From Fidelibacterota bacterium MT.SAG.2 (GTDB taxonomy: Bacteria > Fidelibacterota > SORT01): 64,000 nucleotides of DNA. The notes under the pieces are model-generated. The model was not told the origin of the DNA. It saw nothing but the letters and a program-made list of their open reading frames with translations, and did no database searches. The DNA is taken from NCBI GenBank assembly GCA_004402915.1, contig SORU01000003.1, positions 15,718-79,717 of the forward strand, in the 5' to 3' direction. The position numbers and the translations under genes are program-made. Positions 29,220 through 38,507 of the stretch are shown here, piece after piece. The stretch's first letter is position 1. Each line of letters opens with the position of its first letter.

Positions 29220-29245
29220 TAAACATAATCAGATATTAGGAAGCA

Positions 29246-29986
29246 ATGAACGAACAAATAACATTAGAAGTATTGCGTTACAGACCGGAGGAAAGTTCCA
29301 AGCAGATTTATCAAAGTTATGATGTGCCGTTCAAAAAAGAGTGGGTAATTTTAGATGCGCTGAACTACATAAAAGATGAATTAGACGGAACTTTATCTTA
29401 TCGGTGGTCCTGCAGAATGGGTGTATGCGGAAGTTGTGGAATGATGGTAAACGGTGAACCTGTTCTGTCTTGTGCCAGCTTCCTGGAAACATTTCATCCC
29501 GGGCCGATTCGAATTGAACCTCTTGAAAACTTTCCAGTCGTTCGAGACCTTGTAAGCGAGATGAGCGATTTTATGGAGAAATTGGAACGCGTTCAGCCCT
29601 GGTTAATTAGAAAAGATGAGGATCCGCCTGAGGGTGAATATCTTCAAACACCTTCTCAGCTGATGGATTATAAAAATTATTCCATGTGTATAAATTGCAT
29701 GTTATGCTACTCCGCGTGTCCGGTGTATGGATTAGAGCCGAGTTTCTTAGGGCCTGCAGCGATAGCGCTTGGTCAACGCTATAATCTCGATAGTCGTGAC
29801 CAAGGAGAGAAAATAAGAAATGCTGTACTATCGGAGGATGATGGAATCTGGCAGTGTACCCTTGTCGGAGAATGCTCGGCAGTATGTCCTAAAGATGTTG
29901 ATCCGGCGGCGGCGATACAGCGACTAAAGGTTTCAACTACCGTTGATTTTTTCAAATCTTTTCTTATGCCCTGGCAGAACCGGTAA
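29246..29986 (+). CDS. frdB: Fumarate reductase iron-sulfur subunit
   Basis: '[10 protein letters not shown]', '[12 protein letters not shown]' and '[12 protein letters not shown]'. Confidence 0.93.
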   Translation: MNEQITLEVLRYRPEESSKQIYQSYDVPFKKEWVILDALNYIKDELDGTLSYRWSCRMGVCGSCGMMVNGEPVLSCASFLETFHPGPIRIEPLENFPVVRDLVSEMSDFMEKLERVQPWLIRKDEDPPEGEYLQTPSQLMDYKNYSMCINCMLCYSACPVYGLEPSFLGPAAIALGQRYNLDSRDQGEKIRNAVLSEDDGIWQCTLVGECSAVCPKDVDPAAAIQRLKVSTTVDFFKSFLMPWQNR

Positions 29987-30077
29987 TTATGATCAATTCA
30001 CTGAGCAATGTAAGGACGGATCCGGGCTGTGTATGAACATTATTTTCACAAAATTCCGTTCTGATTAAATTAAACAG

Positions 30078-30494
30078 ATGCCTGATAATCACGAATATAT
30101 AAAATATCATCCCCGGTGGCATCGCACGCCGATACCGGTTTTCTGGTGGATCCAAAAGTGGGTGTACATAAAATTTATTTTAAGAGAGTTGACGAGTATA
30201 GCAGTAATGTCATTCGCACTGGTTCTACTCTTTCATGTCAGGGCATTGATTCAGGGTCCGCAGGCTTATTCCGATTTGACCGAATTACTAAGTACACCGA
30301 TTTCATTGATACTACATTCAATCGCTCTAATATCACTGTTGTATCACAGCATAACCTGGTTCTCGCTTGCTCCGAAGGCTTTGACCGTTCGTATCGGAAA
30401 ATGGCGGATTCCGGATCAGCTGATTATAGGTATGAACATGTTGGCATGGATTTTTATTTCTTTCGTAATAGGCTGGCTTATGGTGACGATGTGA
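30078..30494 (+). CDS. frdC: Fumarate reductase membrane anchor subunit C (E. coli type)
   Basis: 'FWW...FILRELTS' and 'HSITWFSLAPKA'; three TM segments; position in operon. Confidence 0.88.
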   Translation: MPDNHEYIKYHPRWHRTPIPVFWWIQKWVYIKFILRELTSIAVMSFALVLLFHVRALIQGPQAYSDLTELLSTPISLILHSIALISLLYHSITWFSLAPKALTVRIGKWRIPDQLIIGMNMLAWIFISFVIGWLMVTM

Positions 30495-30526
30495 CATGAC
30501 AGAGACGAACAGATCAAGAGAATCCC

Positions 30527-30883
30527 ATGCGTAGACACATTGAACCATTTTGGTGGGCGCTCTTCAGCAGCGGAGGAACATTAGCAGCTTTCTTTTTGCC
30601 GGTTCTTATATTTATCATGGGCATTGCGATACCACTGGGATGGATAGAATCTCCCGGGTATGAAAAATTGTTTGCTCTGGTTAGTAATTTACATATCAGG
30701 GTATTTCTTTTTTCGTTGATCTCACTCTCGTTATTCCATTGGGCGCATCGTTTTCGTTTTACACTCTACGACGGATTACAATTAAAACACCTCAACAGAT
30801 TGATCGCTGTTCTCTGTTATGGAAGCGCCATTACAGGGACTCTGATGACGGGTTACATTCTAATCATATTTTCGTCTCACTAA
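30527..30883 (+). CDS. frdD: Fumarate reductase membrane anchor subunit D (E. coli type)
   Basis: 'EPFWWALFSSGG' and 'FHWAHRFRFTLYDGLQ'. Confidence 0.88.
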   Translation: MRRHIEPFWWALFSSGGTLAAFFLPVLIFIMGIAIPLGWIESPGYEKLFALVSNLHIRVFLFSLISLSLFHWAHRFRFTLYDGLQLKHLNRLIAVLCYGSAITGTLMTGYILIIFSSH

Positions 30884-31021
30884 ATTAGGCGGTAATAGAA
30901 ATCAATTATACTAAATGTCAGACGAGTTTAAACGATAAATCAGTGGTAAAAAATAAATGAATATAAGTTCAACTTTGGCTGTTATATTATATCTTGAAAA
31001 ATAAATTGATGGAGGATTATC

Positions 31022-31381
31022 ATGTTTCGTCTGATTCATATCTTTGACATTAAGAGCGGAAAAAGCCCTGAATCATTTCTAAGCTGGTTGGATTCGACTC
31101 TCTATTCAAAGTCAAAAGAATTTGGGTGCTTAGAACGAAAAAATTGGGTGTTTCTGGACGGGATGAAAGATCCGTACGGGAAAGGTAAGAAAAAAGAGAA
31201 AAGACCAAAATATATAAGTGAAGCCTTCTGGGAGGATAATCAAGGCGCTGAAGAATTCAGACAATGGCTTCGTGGTCCTGAAGGTGCAAATTATAGAAAA
31301 ATTTGGCTCGATAATATATCAAACCATTCCGTACTGCGTTATGTTGAATTTTCAGCACCACTCAGTTTAGGCGATGATTAA
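31022..31381 (+). CDS. Hypothetical protein, possibly dimeric alpha+beta barrel (EthD/ABM-like)
   Basis: SD GGAGG; 119-aa soluble ORF. The fold is a guess from the pattern 'YISEAFWED...AEEF'. Confidence 0.55.
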   Translation: MFRLIHIFDIKSGKSPESFLSWLDSTLYSKSKEFGCLERKNWVFLDGMKDPYGKGKKKEKRPKYISEAFWEDNQGAEEFRQWLRGPEGANYRKIWLDNISNHSVLRYVEFSAPLSLGDD

Positions 31382-31383
31382 TT
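31292..31383 (+). repeat. 92-bp direct repeat, copy 1 (3' end of the 31022 gene)
   Basis: 89/92 identical to 35242-35333. Confidence 0.95.
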
Positions 31384-31574
31384 TGATGTGATGAATTATT
31401 AGATTTTGAATAAGAGATTAGTTATACGACAGTAAAACAGGTTTCGGACAAGAGTTCTAAAACAGCGCTTTTTTATCTTATATACCGTCGTTTATGAGAC
31501 ACATTTTTCGCGTACTAAAACTCATACGCTTATAAGATTTTAGGATTGAGTGAAAGCCTTTGAGAGCTTGGCGT

Positions 31575-31707
31575 TTGTTATCAGGAGATGTAGACTTGAA
31601 TAAGAAGTTGGATGAGTGGGAGATATTTTATAATATACAAAAGCTGAATAATTGGAAGAATGGCAAAACTTCCCTTTGAAGATCTTAGAATGAAACTGAG
31701 TGTCTAA
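31575..31707 (+). mobile_element. IS481-family transposase C-terminal relic (frameshifted)
   Basis: Reads LLSGDVDLNKKLDEWEIFYN...NGKT, then in a shifted frame PFEDLRMKLSV*; resembles IS481-type '..DVDL..KL.EWE.FYN..RPH....GKTPYE.LREKL'. Confidence 0.55.
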
Positions 31708-31764
31708 GAGTGCAATCCCTAGCCAGAAGTGCCATAGGGAATCAATAATGGATGTACTTTTATA

Positions 31765-33378
31765 ATGAATAAATTAATATTATTTTTTGCTTTTGATGTC
31801 AAAGATACTGAAGAAATCAGGTTAGAAAAATTTGCTGCTTTCTTGGTATCTGCCTCCTGTACACTTGCGGGTAGTATCTGGACCGCAATGTATTATTTTG
31901 TTTTTGGTTGGGGTTTGACCTCCCTTTTACCAGCCTTCTTTACTTTCATTGTTGGCGGGGCTCTTTTTATTTCTCATATAAGTAAGAACCATCGCTATCT
32001 AATTTACGCTCAAATCATTTGCATTACCTATATCCCTGCATTTATTCAATGGAGTATTGGCGGAGTGTTTGATTCGGGTTTTGTTCTGGTATGGGCATTT
32101 GTGGGTCCGATGATCGCACTGATGTTTTTTTCTATAAGGCAATCCATTTTTTGGTTATTGCTATATATAGCGAATTTGGTAATTACAGTGCTTTTTAATG
32201 ATTTTTTTGTGAGATATGGTCATGAGGTCGCGGAAAACACAAAATTGTTTTTTTTCATCATGAACCTTGGTTTTGCCTCTACCGTAGTGTTTATTTTTGC
32301 TAGCTATTATGTTAATGCCGCTGTTAGAGAACAGAAAAAAGCCAACAAATTGCTGGAAGCTAACCTGCAACAAGAAATTGTGCTGCGACAGAGTGAAAAA
32401 TTGGCAACGCTTGGGAAGCTCAGTGCTGGAGTAGCCCATGAACTTAACAACCCCGCTGCTGCCACTCAACGCGGCGTTGAACAGTTACAAGATACCATCA
32501 AAAAATTAGAGCAAGCCGAGTTTAGGTTGGGGCAGTTGAATCTTTCAACAACGCAACTTAAGTCTTTAGAGCCACATACCCAACGGATTAATCAGCAGGC
32601 TAAGCAATCAATTTATTTGGACCCGTTAACCAGCAGTGATCGGGAATATGAAATAGAAAAGTGGCTAAAAGATAAGGGAGTGAATGATGCTTGGGAATTT
32701 GCGCCCAGTTTGGTTAACATCGGTTATAATATTGAAGAATTATCAGGATTAGCCGAAAACTTTACAGGCGAGAAATTTCCAATTATTGTTGCTTTGCTTA
32801 GTAATATGTACTCCTCGCGCAATATACTTGAAGAAATTGGGAAGGGCACAGGTCGAATAATTGAAATTGTCAAAGCCCTAAAATCATACTCTTATCTTGA
32901 CCAGGCTCCAATACAATCCGTTGATGTTCACGAGGGCTTGAATGATACACTGGTTATACTGCGTAGTAAGCTTAAAGCCGGAGTTCAAGTGCGGCGTGAA
33001 TATGCCGAAGATCTGCCCCGCATTGAAGCTTTTGGAAGCGAACTTAATCAGGTTTGGACAAATATTATTGATAATGCCGTGGATGCAATGGAGGGACAAG
33101 GCGAAATTATCTTAAAAACCTACAGAAAGGACCCTTGGGTAATCATAGAAATTAAGGATACGGGACCAGGAATTCCTGAAGAGATTCAATCAAAAATCTT
33201 TGATCCCTTTTTTACTACCAAATCACCAGGCGAAGGTACAGGCTTGGGGCTAAATATTAGCCACAACATTATTGTACAAAAGCATAAGGGCGAGATTGCA
33301 GTTTACTCAAGGCCAGGGGAGACCTGTTTTGAAGTTAAACTCCCACTCAATTTTGAAGATTCGCAAATTGAAGGGTAA
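31765..33378 (+). CDS. Membrane sensor histidine kinase
   Basis: About six N-terminal TM segments; 'AHELNNP', 'ELNQVWTNIIDNA', 'DTGPGIP' and 'GTGLGL'. Confidence 0.9.
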   Translation: MNKLILFFAFDVKDTEEIRLEKFAAFLVSASCTLAGSIWTAMYYFVFGWGLTSLLPAFFTFIVGGALFISHISKNHRYLIYAQIICITYIPAFIQWSIGGVFDSGFVLVWAFVGPMIALMFFSIRQSIFWLLLYIANLVITVLFNDFFVRYGHEVAENTKLFFFIMNLGFASTVVFIFASYYVNAAVREQKKANKLLEANLQQEIVLRQSEKLATLGKLSAGVAHELNNPAAATQRGVEQLQDTIKKLEQAEFRLGQLNLSTTQLKSLEPHTQRINQQAKQSIYLDPLTSSDREYEIEKWLKDKGVNDAWEFAPSLVNIGYNIEELSGLAENFTGEKFPIIVALLSNMYSSRNILEEIGKGTGRIIEIVKALKSYSYLDQAPIQSVDVHEGLNDTLVILRSKLKAGVQVRREYAEDLPRIEAFGSELNQVWTNIIDNAVDAMEGQGEIILKTYRKDPWVIIEIKDTGPGIPEEIQSKIFDPFFTTKSPGEGTGLGLNISHNIIVQKHKGEIAVYSRPGETCFEVKLPLNFEDSQIEG

Positions 33379-33410
33379 TTTTATTGATCAAATAACCGAA
33401 TATCGAGGCG

Positions 33411-35081
33411 ATGAACTTTATGGCTAATCCAATTATTCTAACTGTTGATGACGAAATAGAAGTATCCCACGCTATTGAGCGTGATTTAAGGCAACATTAT
33501 CATAATGACTACCGCATAACAACAGCAAATTCCGGTTCTCAAGCGATAGAAATCGTTCAACAGCTTAAGCAACGTAATGATCAGATCGCACTATTCCTGG
33601 TTGACCAGCGAATGCCGGGTATGGAGGGGACAGAGTTTCTGGCTGAAGCGATGAAACTTTATCCCGATGCCCGCAAAGTACTCCTTACCGCTTATGCCGA
33701 TACTCAGGCGGCAATTACTGCAATCAACACAATAGAACTTGATTACTACATTATGAAGCCTTGGAGTCCACCTGAAGAAAATCTTTTCCCAATCCTGGAT
33801 GATCTCCTGAGTGATTGGCTGGCAACGGCTCAGATACCATTTGATGGTATTCGGGTAGCAGGTACGCTATGGTCAGCTAGTTCTCACAAGATTAAAGACT
33901 TCCTGGCTCGTAGTCAAGTACCTTATCAATGGTTAGATATAGAAAAAGACTCTGAAGCTATGGCGCTAGTGGAGGCAACCAACAAAGAACAGCATCGATT
34001 GCCCGTAATCTTTTTTCCCGATGGAAGGAAGTTAATAGATCCCGATATTACTACATTAGCTGAATATATTGGACTACAGACACAAGCAACCCAGCCATTT
34101 TATGATCTGATTATTATTGGGGCCGGACCTGCTGGATTAGGCGGTGCTGTTTACGGTGCTTCTGAGGGATTACGTACCCTTCTGATTGATAAAGAAACGA
34201 CAGGTGGACAGGCAGGCACCAGTTCAAGGATTGAGAACTACTTAGGTTTTCCAAAGGGTTTGAGTGGCGCTGATTTGGCTCGACGAGCCACAGCCCAAGC
34301 TACGCGCTTGGGAGCCGAGATATTGACTACGCAAGAGGTTACGCAAGTACGTGTATCCGATCAATATCGTTTTGTTACGTTAGCAGATGGAACTGAATTG
34401 AGTTGTCACGCAATCATCATCGCTACCGGTGTATCATTACGCACTCTTGATGTGCCCGGCGCTGAGGCAGTCACTGGAGCCGGGGTTTATTACGGCGCAG
34501 CGTTTACCGAGGCAGCGTATTACAAAGGTGATCATATGTTTGTTGTTGGCGGAGCCAACTCGGCTGGCCAAGGGGCAATGTTTTTCTCTCGTTATGCCAG
34601 CAAAGTGACCATATTAGTTCGTGGCAGCGCCTTGAAAAAGAGCATGTCGCAATATCTTGTCGACCAAATAAACGATACAGAGAATATTGAAGTACGCTTG
34701 CAGACGAGTGTAGCCGAAGTGATAGGCACAAAACAGCTTGAGGCATTAGTTCTCAAGAACAACGATACTGGTAAAATCGAAACAATACCTGCCAGAGTGC
34801 TTTTTAGTTTTATTGGAGCTAAACCACATACAGATTTTTTAGCAAATGTTGTGGAACGAAATGAAGCGGGGTTTATTCTGACCGGACAAGATTTAATCAG
34901 AAATGGTCGCCGGCCAAAAAACTGGCATCTGAAAAGAGACCCATTCTTGTTGGAGACCAGTGTACCAGGAATCTTTGCAGCTGGGGATGTTAGGCAAGGA
35001 GCTGTCAGGCGAGTAGCTTCGGCTGTAGGACAAGGCTCAAACGCTGTAAGTTTCGTTCATCAATATTTAAAAACTATTTAA
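33411..35081 (+). CDS. Response-regulator receiver / glutaredoxin-like / thioredoxin-reductase-like fusion
   Basis: REC ('LTVDDE', 'LVDQRMP', 'MKPW'); FAD 'IIGAGPAGL', NADPH 'VVGGANSAGQ' and 'FAAGDVR'. No CxxC. Confidence 0.88.
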   Translation: MNFMANPIILTVDDEIEVSHAIERDLRQHYHNDYRITTANSGSQAIEIVQQLKQRNDQIALFLVDQRMPGMEGTEFLAEAMKLYPDARKVLLTAYADTQAAITAINTIELDYYIMKPWSPPEENLFPILDDLLSDWLATAQIPFDGIRVAGTLWSASSHKIKDFLARSQVPYQWLDIEKDSEAMALVEATNKEQHRLPVIFFPDGRKLIDPDITTLAEYIGLQTQATQPFYDLIIIGAGPAGLGGAVYGASEGLRTLLIDKETTGGQAGTSSRIENYLGFPKGLSGADLARRATAQATRLGAEILTTQEVTQVRVSDQYRFVTLADGTELSCHAIIIATGVSLRTLDVPGAEAVTGAGVYYGAAFTEAAYYKGDHMFVVGGANSAGQGAMFFSRYASKVTILVRGSALKKSMSQYLVDQINDTENIEVRLQTSVAEVIGTKQLEALVLKNNDTGKIETIPARVLFSFIGAKPHTDFLANVVERNEAGFILTGQDLIRNGRRPKNWHLKRDPFLLETSVPGIFAAGDVRQGAVRRVASAVGQGSNAVSFVHQYLKTI

Positions 35082-35116
35082 ACCACGCGTCTGGAATCTA
35101 TTTCTATAGACTCCAA

Positions 35117-35146
35117 GCCAGCCCGACATCAGTCTGGCAGGCTGGC
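35117..35146. repeat. REP-like palindrome downstream of the REC-TrxB gene
   Basis: GCCAGCC...GGCTGGC arms; preceded by a 26-bp segment 21/26 identical to 22878-22902. Confidence 0.5.
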
Positions 35147-35241
35147 GATTATTTCATAACGCGTAAAACATTACTCCTGAAATGCCGCTGTCCCATAAAC
35201 GTTAGTTATGACACAGGATTCGCCGTCCCTAAAGTGTTATC

Positions 35242-35333
35242 TATAGAAAAATTTGGCTCGAAAATATATCAAACCATTCCGTACTGCGTTATGTTGAATT
35301 TTCATCACCACTCAGTTTAGGTGATGATTAATT
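35242..35333 (+). repeat. 92-bp direct repeat, copy 2
   Basis: 89/92 identical to 31292-31383; not attached to the rest of that gene. Confidence 0.95.
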
Positions 35334-35625
35334 ATCATTATTCGAGACTTAACTAAATGAGAAAGAAGCTTCCTTTGAAAAAAGGGTTGGATTTAAATAA
35401 TGAGAACCAAAACCTACATGCATATCTTAGCTGCAAGTTATCGACAGCTCTGCAACTTCGGCAGTGGCTTCATGCAGCTCTTTCAAATAGTACTCATAAA
35501 AGAATTTAATGAGGTGAAGAAAGTTGTTCTACATTAAGTCAACCTTCTTTAGTAAGTTTATATGTAATTTTATTTTAATAGTATTATGGTCTATATAGCG
35601 GATCGGAAAGTGCGATCTGAGAAGA

Positions 35626-36990
35626 GTGAATAGCGAACGTAAAGCGAAGCTGACAGAAGGGGAAGTCGGCCCACAGATAATGAGCATGGCGCTCCCGATG
35701 TTTTTCGGGATAATCGGGATAATTGCGTTCAACCTTATTGACATCTATTTCATCGGACGGCTCGGCACACTCGAACTCGCAGCTGTAAGTTTCACTTTCC
35801 CTGTTGTATTCATAATAGGAAGTGTAGCGCTTGGTCTCGGGATCGGTGCCACGGCATTGATATCCCGAGCTATCGGTGAAGGAAACTCGGAACAAGTCAA
35901 ACGCCTTACTACCGATAGTCTTGTACTTTCCCTTATTATTGTCGGCAGCGTGATCGGGATCGGTTTTATGACGATGGATCGTGTTTTTAGTATGATGGGA
36001 GCAAGTAGTGAGGAAGTAGCGCTGATTAGGGAATACATGACGTATATCTATCCCGGAGCTTTCTTTGTGGTTATTCCAATGGTTGGCAACGGCGCCATCA
36101 GAGCGACCGGTGATATGAAAACACCGGCAATGATAATGGGTGTGGCAGTTTTATTAAATCTGATCTTGGATCCTCTATTGATCTTCGGATTGGGTCCTTT
36201 TCCGCGGCTTGAGCTTACGGGTGCCGCTATAGCTACAGTCATATCAAGAGGCATCACACTTATCCTCTCCGTATCTATTTTACATTTCAGAAAGCATATG
36301 ATCACATTCACGTTCCCGGGTATAAGAGAAGTATGGGAGTCATGGAAGAATATCCTATACATAGGCGTAGCCACAGCCGGTACACAAGTAGTCTACCCGA
36401 TTGGAATTGGGTTCATACTCCGGATAATCTCTAGCTACGGACAAGAGGCTGTAGCTGCGTTTGGTATCGCGACACGGATAGAAGCCCTCGCATTGGTAAT
36501 TATGATGGCGCTTTCAAGCGCCATTAATCCCTTTATCGGTCAGAACCTCGGTGCCGGGAAATTCGAGAGAGTCACAGCGGGAATCAGATTTGTAAATCAT
36601 TCCGCACTCAAGTGGGGAATGGTTGCCGCCGTTGTTCTTGCATTGGCGGCGAAGCCACTCGCTTCAATCTTTAACGTCGATGAAGAGGTTGTTTCGATCC
36701 TAAGTCTGTTTCTATGGATAGTCCCGATCAGTTATGGTTTGTACGGAGTTATGATGCTCACTAATTCAGCACTTAATGTCTTGCATCGGCCTCTTCATGC
36801 TACAGCCATAGCTTTCATCCAAATGTTCGTTATATTCATTCCATTAGCATTTCTCGGCTCGGAACTTTTTGGAATCATAGGTATATTCGGTGCATCGACG
36901 TTTTCAAAGTTGCTCGCCGGAATTGGAGCGTATTATTGGCTAAAGAGAGCGCTAAAGTATGAACTTGCCGAAAAACGTAATGTTTCATAA
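35626..36990 (+). CDS. MATE-family efflux transporter
   Basis: 'DIYFIGRLGTLELAA', 'RATGDMKTPA', 'LDPLLIFG' and 'GQNLGAG'; about 12 TM segments. Confidence 0.9.
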   Translation: MNSERKAKLTEGEVGPQIMSMALPMFFGIIGIIAFNLIDIYFIGRLGTLELAAVSFTFPVVFIIGSVALGLGIGATALISRAIGEGNSEQVKRLTTDSLVLSLIIVGSVIGIGFMTMDRVFSMMGASSEEVALIREYMTYIYPGAFFVVIPMVGNGAIRATGDMKTPAMIMGVAVLLNLILDPLLIFGLGPFPRLELTGAAIATVISRGITLILSVSILHFRKHMITFTFPGIREVWESWKNILYIGVATAGTQVVYPIGIGFILRIISSYGQEAVAAFGIATRIEALALVIMMALSSAINPFIGQNLGAGKFERVTAGIRFVNHSALKWGMVAAVVLALAAKPLASIFNVDEEVVSILSLFLWIVPISYGLYGVMMLTNSALNVLHRPLHATAIAFIQMFVIFIPLAFLGSELFGIIGIFGASTFSKLLAGIGAYYWLKRALKYELAEKRNVS

Positions 36991-37238
36991 CGAAACAATG
37001 CTTTTTATTTTGAAAAAATAAGCATAATTTTCTATTGGAAAAGTGTTATATTTAATTCTGTTATACTTATAATTAACAATAACTTACATCTACTTTTACT
37101 AAAATAAGTTCAGATGGCATAAATATTGCTCTTATATAATAATATTGAACATAAAATTTTACTTCGTACGGGGACGAAACAGATAAATGCTGAAAAATAA
37201 AAGATGACATGTTCAATCGGGAGCCTGCTCCTAATAAT

Positions 37239-38507
37239 ATGAAAAAGTTAACTCTCATTGCTTCAGATTATAATCATGCTCCAATTGGAGCATTGGAAAA
37301 ATTATCGATTAAAGAAAATTATATTGATCATATATATACAGAGTTAATTGAGTCATTCCCAATCAATGAGGTAGTTGTCCTTTCCACTTGTAATAGGTTT
37401 GAGATATATTTTGTTTCTGAGAAAGATGAAATTGAAAATCTTGTGGCGGATTATATTTTTAAGCTCACAGGGTCAGAGCTGCTTAAGCAAGAACAGACTA
37501 AATATGTGTTAAAGGGTGAATCTGCCGTGAATCATCTGTTTGAAGTGTCGGCAGGTCTTAAATCTCAAATAATCGGTGAACCTGAGATACTCGGTCAGGT
37601 CAAATCATCCATCAGCAGATCAAGGGAAAGCAGGGCATCGGGACCTTTTCTTTTGAAATTATTTGAATCGGCGATAAAGACAGGCAAGAGAGTTAGAACA
37701 AGAACCAACATTGCCAAAGGGAATGCCTCCTATGCATCCGCTGCACTTGCGAAAGCATCTGAAGTTATCGGTTCTTTTAAGGGGAAAAAAGTAATATTGT
37801 TGGGTACCGGTAAGATTGGTGTAACTGTCTCAAAGTATTTAAGGTCATTGGGACTCGATTCATATTATATCGCCAGCAGGAATAAGAGTAGAGCAAAATC
37901 ATTAACAGAAAAATACGGCGGTATACCGATTAGCCTTGACAAGGTAAAAAAGTTAATACCTGAAGTCGATTGCTTGATCTCCGCTACTAATGTGGAAATC
38001 AAAATAATTAACCGTTCGATGCTTGAGAAGTTGGGAAAATTTAAGTCACCAAAAGTGATCATCGATCTCGGAATGCCTCGAAATGTTGATCCGGAAATAG
38101 CAGAAATTAAAGGGATTTACCTGTTCAATATTTCGAATTTAGATCAGTCGATTCAGAATTCTATCCAACAACGGAAAGAATCAGTTGCAGAGGCGGAGAT
38201 GATTGTAACGAAAGAAGTGAAATCGTTCAGAAAATGGCATCGAAATAATGAAGAAAGCGATATTTCGAGATCTCTGATCAAACACTTCAATATCGTTAAG
38301 GAAGAGGTACTTGCTGTTAATAGTCATAAAATGAGTGAAAAGGAATTCAAGCAAGTTGACAAAATCACATCGTTGTTGGTAAAACGTCTCCTCCACCAGC
38401 CGTTGAGTTTTCTGAAAAATGATGATGGTCCGCATCGTGAAATGCTCCTTAAAAAAGGAGTTTTAAATAAATTGTTCGGACTTCAGAATCACTCGAATGG
38501 TAGATAA
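37239..38507 (+). CDS. hemA: Glutamyl-tRNA reductase
   Basis: 'LSTCNRFE', 'GEPEILGQVK' and 'DLGMPRNVD'. Start could also be 37209. Confidence 0.95.
   Translation: MKKLTLIASDYNHAPIGALEKLSIKENYIDHIYTELIESFPINEVVVLSTCNRFEIYFVSEKDEIENLVADYIFKLTGSELLKQEQTKYVLKGESAVNHLFEVSAGLKSQIIGEPEILGQVKSSISRSRESRASGPFLLKLFESAIKTGKRVRTRTNIAKGNASYASAALAKASEVIGSFKGKKVILLGTGKIGVTVSKYLRSLGLDSYYIASRNKSRAKSLTEKYGGIPISLDKVKKLIPEVDCLISATNVEIKIINRSMLEKLGKFKSPKVIIDLGMPRNVDPEIAEIKGIYLFNISNLDQSIQNSIQQRKESVAEAEMIVTKEVKSFRKWHRNNEESDISRSLIKHFNIVKEEVLAVNSHKMSEKEFKQVDKITSLLVKRLLHQPLSFLKNDDGPHREMLLKKGVLNKLFGLQNHSNGR

Noticed and set aside
35153-35212. TCATAAC...GTTATGA pair as an integron attC site
   Set aside because: The outer R boxes are complementary but no L''/L' boxes pair at the expected spacing, and no integron integrase is in the window.
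37220-37232. GGAGC-CT-GCTCC hairpin upstream of hemA as a translational switch
   Set aside because: Two-nucleotide loop and the GGGAG is 14 nt from the likely ATG; too weak to support.
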